Shown one piece after another: positions 18,766 through 28,144 of a stretch of 38,358 bases of DNA. Origin of the DNA: Limisphaerales bacterium. GTDB lineage: Bacteria > Verrucomicrobiota > Verrucomicrobiia > Limisphaerales > SIBE01. Made by a program: the position numbers and the translations under genes. The notes under the pieces are model-generated. The model was not told where the DNA came from and did no database searches. It worked only from the letters and a program-made list of their open reading frames with translations. The stretch spans positions 1 to 38,358 of the forward strand of contig JBGAIN010000074.1 of the NCBI GenBank assembly GCA_044225505.1, written 5' to 3'. How positions within the stretch are numbered: the first letter of the stretch is position 1; every line of letters begins with the position of its first letter.

Positions 18766-18983
18766 GGTTGATGGCAGGTCTGGGAAAGGTGACTTGCGGG
18801 ATAGGCGACGCCTGAGGAATTATCCCACCGGAAACGACTGTGTTGGAACGGTCGTGCTTTTGCGCTGGGACGGTTCCAAGAACCGCGCCCGCGTCACCGC
18901 TTGCCCTTGATGCGCCTGGCAATAACCAAGTCGCCCCAGCCGCCGTCAACACAAACCCGAAGGTAAAATTCAATCCGAGGGCA

Positions 18984-20744
18984 TCAGGGAACCATCACAC
19001 CGCGATCCGGAGATCTACCCGCTTCATGAACCAAGTGCAGGCTCTGAACATCGAACCAAGCTTCTCCACGTGGACTGCTAAACTCGCACACCAGCACAAC
19101 CTCGGAAAGATAACCTTCGACGGCAAACACGTGGCTGAGATCTACCCAATCCGTCGTTGTGGTCACTGAACCGCTGGCGCGGGCGCTTCCAGAAACACGC
19201 ACCGCCAAGCGCCCTCCCACCCCTACCTGGTCAACTCGTGCGCGTCCCTGAAGTCGGTAGCGCCCAACTGGCAAATTCACGCGCGTCCGCCAGGAAGCCG
19301 TGCCGCCCCCACCCGTGGCCGCCAGGTGAAGAAGCTTCTGCCCGTTCTCCTCCACCGTTTCCAATTCGAATGAGGATCCCGTGGTTAAGTAACGTTCCTT
19401 CCACTGCAGCAACCGCGCCATCCCATCGTCGTCAAATGGAAGGGGCTCCGTGGGAGATTCCATCTGTTTTGCCACACTGCGGACACGCCGGCTGATGCGA
19501 TCGCGGAGCGAAGCGACCGCGGTGTCATGCCATTCCACCAGGTTGGGACCATACGCCACCAACGTCGGACGAAGCCGAGCGGCGAGTTCCTGCACACGAT
19601 TGAGAAGACGTTCTTCGGTAAAGACGGTTTTTTGCAGGCTTTCAATGCGCTCAAAAAACAACCGAGCGCCTTCGCTGCTGGTCAGCACCTGGGCTGCAAC
19701 CTTGCCTCGCATCGGGCTTCGAAGTGATGGCTCACCTGGAAACCGATGAGGCGGAAATTCAAAGAGCTGATCGAGACCGTGCGGCATAAAGACCAGACGA
19801 TCCGTGTCGAGGTCGTGAAATAAGCGCCAGTTGTTTCGATTGAGGCCATAGCCATCCCAGTGCCACAACATGACTTCCAAGGCGAGCATGGTAATAAACC
19901 GATCCATATCCAAAACATTGGTGAACTGCTGCCAGCGCCGGTCGAGATCAGGCTCGCGGGTCGCGGCTAGCAAACGTTCGATATCGGACCGATCTTCCGG
20001 GTGCTCGCCCGAGTTTACATCGAGGTCCCGGTTCACTTCCTGGCAAAAACCGCCGTCGTAAAGGTTCCCCTTAACGTTCTTGAAGTGCTTGCGCAAAAAA
20101 TCTTTGTTGTATCCTTCGATCATCACGTAAAGTCCTAAATCGCGCCCGTTCAAGACCACCGTCGCAAACTGCGCCTGCGGCACGGGCACTCCTGCTTCCA
20201 AAAATGTCTCGCGTGCGATGGTCTCGCAAAGGTAAGTGGGGTCTTGCACAGAATTGTTGAGCGAGAGTTTTGCCAGACCGTGAAAGCGCTGACCCTGTGC
20301 ATTCTTTCCAAAATTCAACGTCAACGCGGGTTTGTCATCGAACGGTCTAAAGCTGCCCGCAGCTCCCTTGAGGTGCATGGCCACGTTCGTGTAGATCGTG
20401 GCCCCTTCCTGAACAGTCACAGCGACCTCCGGACGGTCGCCCCCTCTCGCGCCCGGCCGACCGTTCCAAAAGTAGCCGCGCAATAGCTCGACGTCATTGG
20501 CCGCCACCTTGATTTCTAACCGCGGAAAATCCTTCGGCACCTCCGCCACTGGGGTTTGGATCAGCGTAGGAGGTCGCCGGAACCGCCGTTCATCTTGAGC
20601 CCATTCCCAGCCTACTGGTGCCCGCGGCCGCGGTTCAGGCTTAAACGCAACAAAGCGAAGAAAAAGGACGCCCGCGAAAGCGACCCAGACGATGACGCGG
20701 AGGGCCTGCCTGGTCGGCGACAGCTTGCTCTTGGACTCGCTCAT
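18984..20744 (-). CDS. CotH kinase family protein
   Basis: HLKGAAGSFR, KLSLNNSVQDPTYLCE, LGLYVMIEG, WHWDGY..NRNNWRLF, FMPHGLD; N-terminal TM. Confidence 0.88.
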   Translation of the reverse strand: MSESKSKLSPTRQALRVIVWVAFAGVLFLRFVAFKPEPRPRAPVGWEWAQDERRFRRPPTLIQTPVAEVPKDFPRLEIKVAANDVELLRGYFWNGRPGARGGDRPEVAVTVQEGATIYTNVAMHLKGAAGSFRPFDDKPALTLNFGKNAQGQRFHGLAKLSLNNSVQDPTYLCETIARETFLEAGVPVPQAQFATVVLNGRDLGLYVMIEGYNKDFLRKHFKNVKGNLYDGGFCQEVNRDLDVNSGEHPEDRSDIERLLAATREPDLDRRWQQFTNVLDMDRFITMLALEVMLWHWDGYGLNRNNWRLFHDLDTDRLVFMPHGLDQLFEFPPHRFPGEPSLRSPMRGKVAAQVLTSSEGARLFFERIESLQKTVFTEERLLNRVQELAARLRPTLVAYGPNLVEWHDTAVASLRDRISRRVRSVAKQMESPTEPLPFDDDGMARLLQWKERYLTTGSSFELETVEENGQKLLHLAATGGGGTASWRTRVNLPVGRYRLQGRARVDQVGVGGRLAVRVSGSARASGSVTTTTDWVDLSHVFAVEGYLSEVVLVCEFSSPRGEAWFDVQSLHLVHEAGRSPDRGVMVP

Positions 20745-20855
20745 GAAATCCGGTGGGGTGGTGTTAAACTGTTCTTGAATCTTGCCTGGAGCGCGCGGGA
20801 ACGCAAATCAAAGTGAACACCGGCCCGCGAATGCGTCGCTGACACTCGAAACCTC

Positions 20856-22382
20856 TCACTGAAGGCGGTTGCCCATTTCCGCTTCGAGTTTCGCAAGGGC
20901 CTCCGGAGATGTGGCTTGCGGAACAGGGCCTCTGAACCGGTTTCGCACGGCCAACATGTAGTAAATCGCCAGCCCGACCAAGGTGCCGCCAAAGATGTAT
21001 CCGGTGAGTTGGTTGGGCGGCAGGACGAACAAAACCGAAATGAACGCAATCCAGGTCAAGGCAACCCAGTTCACCAGGCCACTCCAATTGCCTAGATGCC
21101 ATGGCCCATTGGCAGAGGAGCGCCAAACCCCACGACTCACCGCCAACACTTTTAGCCCCAGCGGAATCCCGTACGATAAATATAGTCCAATCGTACTGAT
21201 CCCTGTCACCGCTGGGTACAACTTCGAAAAATCGAGCTCCCTAGGCCGAGCCGCGACCAACAGGAGGATAAGACAAGGCAAAAGAAATGAGAGCAGGGCG
21301 GCCAGCCAAACGGCCGCTGCGGGCGTTCGATACTTGCGGCTGACCTGTTTCCAAACGCGCGAGACGGGCATTCCCCCGTCGCGAGAAAACGCGAAGATCA
21401 TCCGTGACGTCGATGTCACACAGGACAAGCCACAAAACCACATGGCAACGGTGACCACCCAGAGGACCACCCGCCCGAACGCTGTCCCCAGGGCCTGCTC
21501 GAAAATGAAGATAAACGAATTACCCGCCGCTGCCGTTGCACCTAAGTCCTTGATGGCGAGCGTCACGAAAACCAGCATGAGATACCCAAAGAGCCCCGAG
21601 ATCGCCACGGACAAGTATATTCCCCAGGGCGCACTCACGCGCGCGTTCTTGGTTTCCTCAATCGTATGCGCCGAAGCGTCATACCCCGTGTAGGTCCACT
21701 GGGCCTGGAGGAGTCCGCCCAGAAACGCGAACCAGTATGGCTGATCTGTAACCGTCGTGAATGTTCTCGTGAAAACGAAAGAGAGCGGCTGTTTCTCAGC
21801 AAAAAACGCCAGGGCAAAAACTACCAGCGCGACTCCCCCCACATGATAAATCGCACTGAAATCATTGAGCCGCGCCACCGCGCGAATTCCCACGTGATTC
21901 AGGATCGCGTGCGTGAGCAACAGCAGCCCGAAAACCATCATGTGATATCGGGTCGTGTCGGGCAACCCAAGCAGCGGCACCGCGAACTGGGCGCAGCCAT
22001 AATCAATGCCAGCGATCGCCGCAATCAAGCCGATCAGATTCAGCCACGCCGTGATCCAGCCCCATCCAGGCCCGCCCAAAAGCGAGGCCCAATGATAAAG
22101 CGCGCCGGAAGTCGGCACGGCGGACGCCAATTCCCCCAGCGACGCCGCCACGAGCAGCACAAAAAGCGTAACCAGCGGCCAGCCAATCCCCATGACCACT
22201 GGGCCGCCGGCGTTCAGCCCCACTCCATACAAGGTGACCGCCCCGGTTAAAATCGATATGATCGAAAACGATATGGCGAAGTTGGAAAATCCGCCCATGT
22301 CCCGCAACAGTTGTTGGGCGTAGCCAAATTGGTGGAGGATTTCCTGGTCCGACTGGGGAGATGACGATCCAGGTGGCCTCAT
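20856..22382 (-). CDS. Amino acid permease (APC superfamily)
   Basis: GYAQQLLRDMGGFSNFAISFSIIS, LGELASAVPTSG, YTGYDASAHTIEET, SRMIFAFSRDGG. Confidence 0.93.
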   Translation of the reverse strand: MRPPGSSSPQSDQEILHQFGYAQQLLRDMGGFSNFAISFSIISILTGAVTLYGVGLNAGGPVVMGIGWPLVTLFVLLVAASLGELASAVPTSGALYHWASLLGGPGWGWITAWLNLIGLIAAIAGIDYGCAQFAVPLLGLPDTTRYHMMVFGLLLLTHAILNHVGIRAVARLNDFSAIYHVGGVALVVFALAFFAEKQPLSFVFTRTFTTVTDQPYWFAFLGGLLQAQWTYTGYDASAHTIEETKNARVSAPWGIYLSVAISGLFGYLMLVFVTLAIKDLGATAAAGNSFIFIFEQALGTAFGRVVLWVVTVAMWFCGLSCVTSTSRMIFAFSRDGGMPVSRVWKQVSRKYRTPAAAVWLAALLSFLLPCLILLLVAARPRELDFSKLYPAVTGISTIGLYLSYGIPLGLKVLAVSRGVWRSSANGPWHLGNWSGLVNWVALTWIAFISVLFVLPPNQLTGYIFGGTLVGLAIYYMLAVRNRFRGPVPQATSPEALAKLEAEMGNRLQ

Positions 22383-22606
22383 GAGTCTTTTTGACCGCCA
22401 AAACGCTGATGATGCTCCTCGCGGAACTGAGTGACACTTTTGGCCGCCTTGCGCGCCAGCAGGAACGCACATGCCGAAACAGCCACCAACAGCACCGTTC
22501 CCACCATCATGCCGTATCGTTCAAAAAAATGCACTTGGATGGCTATGGCGGACTACGGGCCGCCTGCCCTCAGGGGTATAACGCGCTGAACGATTGGAGG
22601 CAAAGG

Positions 22607-24805
22607 TTAATTCTTCAATTCGACATCTCGAGCCAAGGGTTCCATTCGCAAGCGGAAAAAGCGTTGTCCCTCCGTCACGGCGACTGGGGCCAACAAACGG
22701 GGCGTTTGGCCTCGGGAACGAAGCGCGAACGGGTTGCCCACATCGTTCCACGGTTCGCGCGGGTTGGACGAACTTTGGAGGACATAGTTGAAGCCCCTCA
22801 TGCCCCCGACCAACCGCAAGGTCCATCCGCTGTAATCCTGCAAGTCGCTCAAGACGATGCTGGGGGCGACCTGCACCGGTAGTATCGTGGGATCCCCAAT
22901 CGCCTTTACCGTCGCCAACAGGGGCACAACCAGAAAGCTCCGGAGCGGAGGGGTCCCGTCATCGACAACGCGGAATGTGACATAATAGCCGGGCGCGTCG
23001 GCCTCGTCGACGGTGGGCGTCCACGAAAACGTCCGAGTCGGAGCGTCGAAACGCGCTGTCGCTGGCGCTGTGTTCGTGTCCATCGAATAGGTGAGGGTTT
23101 GACCCGAGTCCGGGTCCGTCGCCTTAACCACAAATTCGAGCGGCTCAAGCGCGTGCGCAATTTGGGGTGCCACGGGATCAAATGCAGGTCGGGAGTTGCC
23201 AAGGCGCGGCAAAATGCGCACATCATCGATAAACCAGCCGGGCCAGTCGTCGTCGACATACGCCGCAAAGTAAAATCGGAATTGAACCGTCTTTCCGCCA
23301 TATTTGCTCAGCGACAGCAATGCCGTTGTCCAACCGCCCGAATCGCCGTTATAAACAATCGAGAGTGCTTCTTCGACTCCATCCTCGAGACGAATCCACA
23401 CTTGCCCGGAGTGGCTCGGGTGAATCCGAAACCAATGCTGAAAATTCAGTCGCGGATTCGCTGTCGCTTCCGGAAGTCGGAATCGCGGACTGAGCAGCGA
23501 CGAACTCATCGGTGTCACCGGAAACCCCTCGCCGTTTAGGGAAACGGCAGCGCAATTCGTTCCTGTGATGGCCCCACCCGGCCCGATAGTCGGCTTCCCA
23601 ACAGACCAATTCCCGCGATCCACACTCCAGTCGCCCCAACCTCCCTCGAAGCTTTCATCACCGGCCTGAAGATCGAGTGGTGGCAGGGTCTCAATCTGGA
23701 CATCATCGATAAACCACCCGGGCCAATCACTGTCCACATAAGCCGTGAACAGGAATTTGAACTGAACCTTTTGACCTTGATACTTAGCGAGAGAGAGGCT
23801 CACGGGCGACCATCCAGGCGCGCTCCCGCTATACTGAACTGATAATGGCTCCTCCGAACCGTCCGCCAACCGGATCCAAACCTGCCCGTAGTGACTCGGA
23901 TGAATCCGGAACCACTGCCAAAAGCGAAGTCGCGGACCCTCGGTCACTGACGGCAGTTGCATGGGTGGACTCACCAGCGATGAACTAAACGGACTGATGG
24001 GAAAGCCGTCGCCGTTCAGGGCGACCGCGGCACAGTTGGTCCCGCTCCAGGCTGCCATTGGCCCAATGGCAGGGCTTCCAACATACCAGTTGCCTCTCTC
24101 GGCACTCCAATCCCCCCACCCTCCTTCAAAATCGTCGAAGCCGCCGAATAGCTGGCCTCCAGCCACCACCTCGACCTCGTCGATGAACCAGCCAGGCCAA
24201 ACGGGATCGACGTAGTTTGCAAAATGAAACCCGATTTGAACTCGTTGCCCGCCCCACTTGGTCAAGGACACGCTCGCCGGCGTCCATCCGATCCCTACCG
24301 TACTGTATTTTAGCGGGATCGCCTCCTCGACTCCCCCCTGAGTGCGGACCGTGATCTCTCCGTAGTGACTCGGATGAATCTTGAACCAATGCCAAAAGCG
24401 AAGTCTCGGCTCTTCCGACGCTGCGGGTAACCAAATCGGCGGACTTACGAGGGAAGAACTGCCCACGCTCGCCTCATCGTGACGAAGCCCAGTAGCGGCG
24501 CAACGTTTGCCCGCAAACGCGTTCGTCGGACCGACCTCCGGCGTCCCAAACGTCCAAACCGCCTTCGTGATTTCCCAACGCAGGCTGACCATGTCGCTCT
24601 CGAAGCCCTCGTGCCAGCAGGTATACTGATAGGGAGTGCGTGTGCCCTGGCAAATCCCGGGGAAGAGAAGAAGGAAAGCTGGCAATAGCCAGAAAAGGCA
24701 CCGGGGTCGGACGCAAAACCGCCAGCAGCAAACTCGCTGTGGAAATTTCCCAGGTCGGGTCGAACAGGTTCCGCAGAATGAGATCGTCATAAACAAATCC
24801 CGCAC
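22607..24805 (-). CDS. Secreted protein: three tandem ~150-aa jelly-roll-like modules, a cadherin/Ig-like domain and a C-terminal FFRL-type tail
   Basis: Signal-like LFWLLPAFLLLFPGICQG; three repeats ending WPGWFIDxV; ATDPDSGQTLTYS..FSWTP..VTFRVVDDGTP; YVLQSSSN..W..QRFFRLR. Start uncertain. Confidence 0.8.
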   Translation of the reverse strand: MRDLFMTISFCGTCSTRPGKFPQRVCCWRFCVRPRCLFWLLPAFLLLFPGICQGTRTPYQYTCWHEGFESDMVSLRWEITKAVWTFGTPEVGPTNAFAGKRCAATGLRHDEASVGSSSLVSPPIWLPAASEEPRLRFWHWFKIHPSHYGEITVRTQGGVEEAIPLKYSTVGIGWTPASVSLTKWGGQRVQIGFHFANYVDPVWPGWFIDEVEVVAGGQLFGGFDDFEGGWGDWSAERGNWYVGSPAIGPMAAWSGTNCAAVALNGDGFPISPFSSSLVSPPMQLPSVTEGPRLRFWQWFRIHPSHYGQVWIRLADGSEEPLSVQYSGSAPGWSPVSLSLAKYQGQKVQFKFLFTAYVDSDWPGWFIDDVQIETLPPLDLQAGDESFEGGWGDWSVDRGNWSVGKPTIGPGGAITGTNCAAVSLNGEGFPVTPMSSSLLSPRFRLPEATANPRLNFQHWFRIHPSHSGQVWIRLEDGVEEALSIVYNGDSGGWTTALLSLSKYGGKTVQFRFYFAAYVDDDWPGWFIDDVRILPRLGNSRPAFDPVAPQIAHALEPLEFVVKATDPDSGQTLTYSMDTNTAPATARFDAPTRTFSWTPTVDEADAPGYYVTFRVVDDGTPPLRSFLVVPLLATVKAIGDPTILPVQVAPSIVLSDLQDYSGWTLRLVGGMRGFNYVLQSSSNPREPWNDVGNPFALRSRGQTPRLLAPVAVTEGQRFFRLRMEPLARDVELKN
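23213..24617 (-). repeat. Intragenic triple domain repeat
   Basis: Each unit has FE(G/S), G.P..GP..A..G..CAA, SSSL.SP, PRL.F..WF.IHPSH.G, SL.K.GG..V, WPGWFID.V. Units lie at about 24617-24169, 24139-23693 and 23659-23213. Confidence 0.9.
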
Positions 24806-24862
24806 CGTAGCAGTTAGATTGATGATACTGCACCGCCCAATGACTGATCTGTGAATAACCGT

Positions 24863-24891
24863 TGGTTACGAGGCAGAGTCGCTTTTGTCAA
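24863..24891 (-). promoter_or_regulatory. Putative promoter for the triple-repeat gene
   Basis: TTGACA-N17-TAACCA in the intergenic gap. Confidence 0.4.
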
Positions 24892-24906
24892 ACTATTCCA
24901 ACCGTT

Positions 24907-27168
24907 CTACGGCAAGACGAAACACCAAGCGTCATACCGTAATTCGCTCCAGGCCAGTTCTGGAATGGGGTGGCCCGGGAAGAGAGGACGCTGAACCGGA
25001 GTGAATTCCACGCGTACCCGGATGCGAGATCGCTCTTTCGTCAGGTCGCGCGGCAAAAGGAATTCGTCATCGCGAAAGCGGCGATTTGAAGTTTGGACGT
25101 TATGGAGGGTATCCCCCAATTCGCCGCGCGGATCGGAATAAACGCACGTATTCGAACCCGCCAGATACCAAACACCGGCCGGTTTCCAGTCCGTCTCAAC
25201 AGCGGCGGCGCCAGCATCGTCGACGTCAGCCACAAATACTTTCGCCCGCTGATTTGGAAACTGATAGTCGAGTTTGCGTCGGAGCATGACGCCCAGGTTT
25301 TTTGGGTCCAGGCGCAATGTGAACTCTGACCGACCGGTGGTCTTACGTCCCAGATCCGTATGCGCTGGATAGGCCACCACCACTTTTGCTTCACCGTCTC
25401 TCGGGACTTCCGGCTGGGTTAAAGACCGGAATTCATGAGGATAAAAGATTTCCCCCTCTGTTCCTGTCAGGTAAAGGTCCGGTCCCCACTCGTAGCGGGA
25501 GGTGATTTCGTATGGCTTGGAAGCGTCGGGCGAACGGTATTGATGCGCTCGCTCACTGTTGGCATCGCCAATTTTGAGCTCATCCGTCCTGACCAAAGAA
25601 GCTCTGGGCGCGCCGTACCAATAGACTACTGTTCGATAATGCTCAGTCGATTGGTTCAATCCGCCATGCTCCAGCTGAATGCGGGCATTCTTCCCAAACG
25701 GCATCAAGTCCGCCAAAAGAAATCGGTATGCCGAATGAATCTTGTCTTCGTCATTCTTCGCCTCTTTAAGGCTCCTTGCTCCTACCGGATGGCCTGCGAA
25801 AGGCAGGGTCATATTTAGCCCGCCCCAATAATCGCCGCCGCCCCCCCACTCCTCTGTACCCGTGCCGTAGCCCTGGGGAGATTGGCTATCATCAAAGAAA
25901 AATCGAGGGTCGCCCTCGAGTGTTCGCAGGTTGTTTTGGTCCGTAAAGACGAAGGAGGTGCCAACGAAACTTCCGGACCAATCACCACCGCCTTCCGTCT
26001 CCCTGGTATTGAGCAGAACGAGGTCTTGGCCCAACGGCGGCTTCCGGTGATCTCGGTAGGTTGCGTGGAAATAGCCCACATGATTGGGCGGTTCCTGCAA
26101 AGGTTCGTGGCGCACGCTCCAGGTGATGTCGGAGAATTCCGTTTCGCCGTTACCGACCAACTCGATGGTCGCTTCGCGGAAAAACGGCATCGGAAAATAA
26201 CAGGCCATCCGTACCTGATCCCCTTGGTATCTCACATTGACCGGGAACGCCTTCACTAAGTATTCGCGCCCGTTACGATTATAAAATGTACCAGTGCCAA
26301 AGAAGAGCGCGACGGGCGCTTCAATCGAGGGTTGCGCCCGCTGGTCCCACGTGATCCGAAGCATGGCCCGAGAAAAGGCCACCGCCTGGTCAACCGGCAC
26401 TGCGATCTCGAGCGCCCTCAGGCTGGCTGGGCCAGGCAAACTAAGCAGCCGGACTGCGCCTTCCTTGGGAACATTCACGCGGCCTGTAAGCCGCGCCGCC
26501 GTTTCTGGGGCCAGATCCGTCCCAGAGCGGCGCAGCAGATCGAGCACACCGGAGTCAGGCGGAGTTCGCGCATCCCACGCTTGAATCGGCCGGGATAGAT
26601 TTGCTCCGCGAACAAACTGCTGAAAAATGTAGTAACCCGTCCCGTAGCGCGTCCGCGTATAAGCCATGCGGAAAGTCTTTTCGAATGGAATCGGCACCCA
26701 TATCAGGTCGGCTCCCCGGGTGATGGACCATGTCCAAGCGAGCGGTTCCGGAAACAGGTTTTCTGGAATAAAGATCGAGTTTTCAACCGGCCTCATCGGA
26801 TTCGAAGTGCTGCTCTCCGCGACGATGTGGTCCTTTCCGTCGACCTCGTAATGCCAGGGGCTGCCGTGCCAGTGGTTATATCGGGCAAAAGCGAGCACGC
26901 CCTCGCCTTCGACGTCGAGTGACACATTGAATCCGTCCGATTCCTGATAAAGAAAATGGCTGGCGTCGGCCGATTCGTTTCCTCCAGTCCGATCGTGCGT
27001 GCTTCTCATGTAAGCGCGCATCCCGATCCGCTGCGACGGCCAGCGTTCCCATTGTCGGTAAGCATCCAGGCCCACGGGAATGACGGGCCCCTCGTCGGCG
27101 AGCACAGCGACCGCAGTCAACGCCCATAGCCCGCAAACGATCGTTGGGATGAGAGACGTTTTAACCAA
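24907..27168 (-). CDS. Secreted DUF2961-domain protein (GH172-like)
   Basis: Signal peptide; STHDRTGGNE, LRITWD...PSIEAPV..FFG, CYFPMPF, YFHATY, LEGDPRFFFD, GTGTEEW.GGG.YW. Confidence 0.82.
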   Translation of the reverse strand: MVKTSLIPTIVCGLWALTAVAVLADEGPVIPVGLDAYRQWERWPSQRIGMRAYMRSTHDRTGGNESADASHFLYQESDGFNVSLDVEGEGVLAFARYNHWHGSPWHYEVDGKDHIVAESSTSNPMRPVENSIFIPENLFPEPLAWTWSITRGADLIWVPIPFEKTFRMAYTRTRYGTGYYIFQQFVRGANLSRPIQAWDARTPPDSGVLDLLRRSGTDLAPETAARLTGRVNVPKEGAVRLLSLPGPASLRALEIAVPVDQAVAFSRAMLRITWDQRAQPSIEAPVALFFGTGTFYNRNGREYLVKAFPVNVRYQGDQVRMACYFPMPFFREATIELVGNGETEFSDITWSVRHEPLQEPPNHVGYFHATYRDHRKPPLGQDLVLLNTRETEGGGDWSGSFVGTSFVFTDQNNLRTLEGDPRFFFDDSQSPQGYGTGTEEWGGGGDYWGGLNMTLPFAGHPVGARSLKEAKNDEDKIHSAYRFLLADLMPFGKNARIQLEHGGLNQSTEHYRTVVYWYGAPRASLVRTDELKIGDANSERAHQYRSPDASKPYEITSRYEWGPDLYLTGTEGEIFYPHEFRSLTQPEVPRDGEAKVVVAYPAHTDLGRKTTGRSEFTLRLDPKNLGVMLRRKLDYQFPNQRAKVFVADVDDAGAAAVETDWKPAGVWYLAGSNTCVYSDPRGELGDTLHNVQTSNRRFRDDEFLLPRDLTKERSRIRVRVEFTPVQRPLFPGHPIPELAWSELRYDAWCFVLP

Positions 27169-27489
27169 AATGCCTGCATCGTTTGTATCGGATCGCCATC
27201 ACGGATGCAACCTGCCTTTCGATTCGTTACCTCGGGTCGGAGTCTGAGCGATCGAGTGACGTGCCGTCGCAACGCTCCAAGAAAGAAGACTTTTTAAACC
27301 AGGCGCTAACGATCTAAGAACGGCCCTTGTTGTTTCTAATCGATTCAGTCACCGGGATTCCTCACTATTTGCACTTCCGGCGTGGTAAAGACGCTGAGCG
27401 GCACCGGTCCGGGTGCCTATCGCCAAACACGCCGCAAACCACTTCAAGGCCGCCGTGGTCTCGGCTCTCGAGCGTCCAGCCATCCGACG

Positions 27490-27861
27490 ACGCTTCTACT
27501 CTCGGTTAGTCGACTGGCTCTCGCACCCCATAGCTTGTTTCCGTTCGCTTCGAAGGTAACGTCGTTTAAATGGTCCCGCCGCAACGCGCGAACCAAGGCC
27601 TGGAAACTGGAAACCAAGTTGCGCTTTTGGACTAGGTGTTCCGCTTAGTCGCAATTGGGGTGGAGCGCAGTCGACCGCAGCGAAGCCGAGCGTTAATCTG
27701 GTCGACGAAGAATATGCCACGGTCAGCAAAATCATCTGCGATTGCGCGCCCATCCCGATCGACGCCAGCGTGCGTGTCTCCGAGGTGTTGGTCCTATGTG
27801 AAGGGCTGTCGTCAGGCCGGGCGCCATCAGAATATTGGCGAACTTGCCAGGGACGTCGGTG
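27490..27861 (+). pseudogene. Decayed gene remnant, possibly tandem TrkA-C (RCK_C) domains
   Basis: Fragments across frames and stops: STLG*/VDWLSHP/*LVSVRFEGNVV*MVPPQRANQGLETGNQVALLD* and VNLVDEEYATVSKIICDCAPIPIDASVRVSEVLVL. The latter has coding-like GC-ending codons but no start. Confidence 0.3.
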
Positions 27862-27935
27862 ATCGCCGCATTGGTCAGTCGCCGAATTTGGTTTAGATTT
27901 AGGGTGTCACAATCCAAGCACACGCTTGGCATCAA

Positions 27936-27991
27936 GGGTCCGAGAGGTCTGATCTCTTGGAGGTAAACCGGGATGGTCGGGCCGCCATTCC
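27936..27991 (+). ncRNA. nhaA-I-like (Li+-I class) riboswitch candidate, copy A
   Basis: GGGT-CCGAGAG/gtctgat/CTCTTGG-AGGTAAACC-GGGATGG/TCGGGCCG/CCATTCC in the 5' leader of the TPS/TPP gene; second copy at 36897-36951. Confidence 0.8.
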
Positions 27992-28144
27992 ACAGCAGGA
28001 AATCTCAAATCCGGTTTGCCGAAGTTTTGGGCGGACAACACCCGTCCATCCTACGCACAGTCAGGGGTGAAACGCGGCCTCTTCGCGCAGCCATGTTCTG
28101 CGGTCTGTCTAGAAAAGCGGAGCGGCGAAGCCGGTGCGTATCCT

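Noticed and set aside
20983..22250. 236-aa and 194-aa plus-strand ORFs
   Set aside because: Antisense to the amino acid permease; no recognisable motifs.
23213..24617. Repeated DNA segments as a CRISPR array or DGR template/variable repeat pair
   Set aside because: About 450-480 bp in-frame domain repeats with no spacer structure and no cas or reverse transcriptase gene in the window.
27901..27930. GGGTG plus CCAAGC/GCTTGG hairpin as a tandem first aptamer
   Set aside because: No AGGT linker or TCGGGCCG loop follows; treated as an ordinary leader hairpin.
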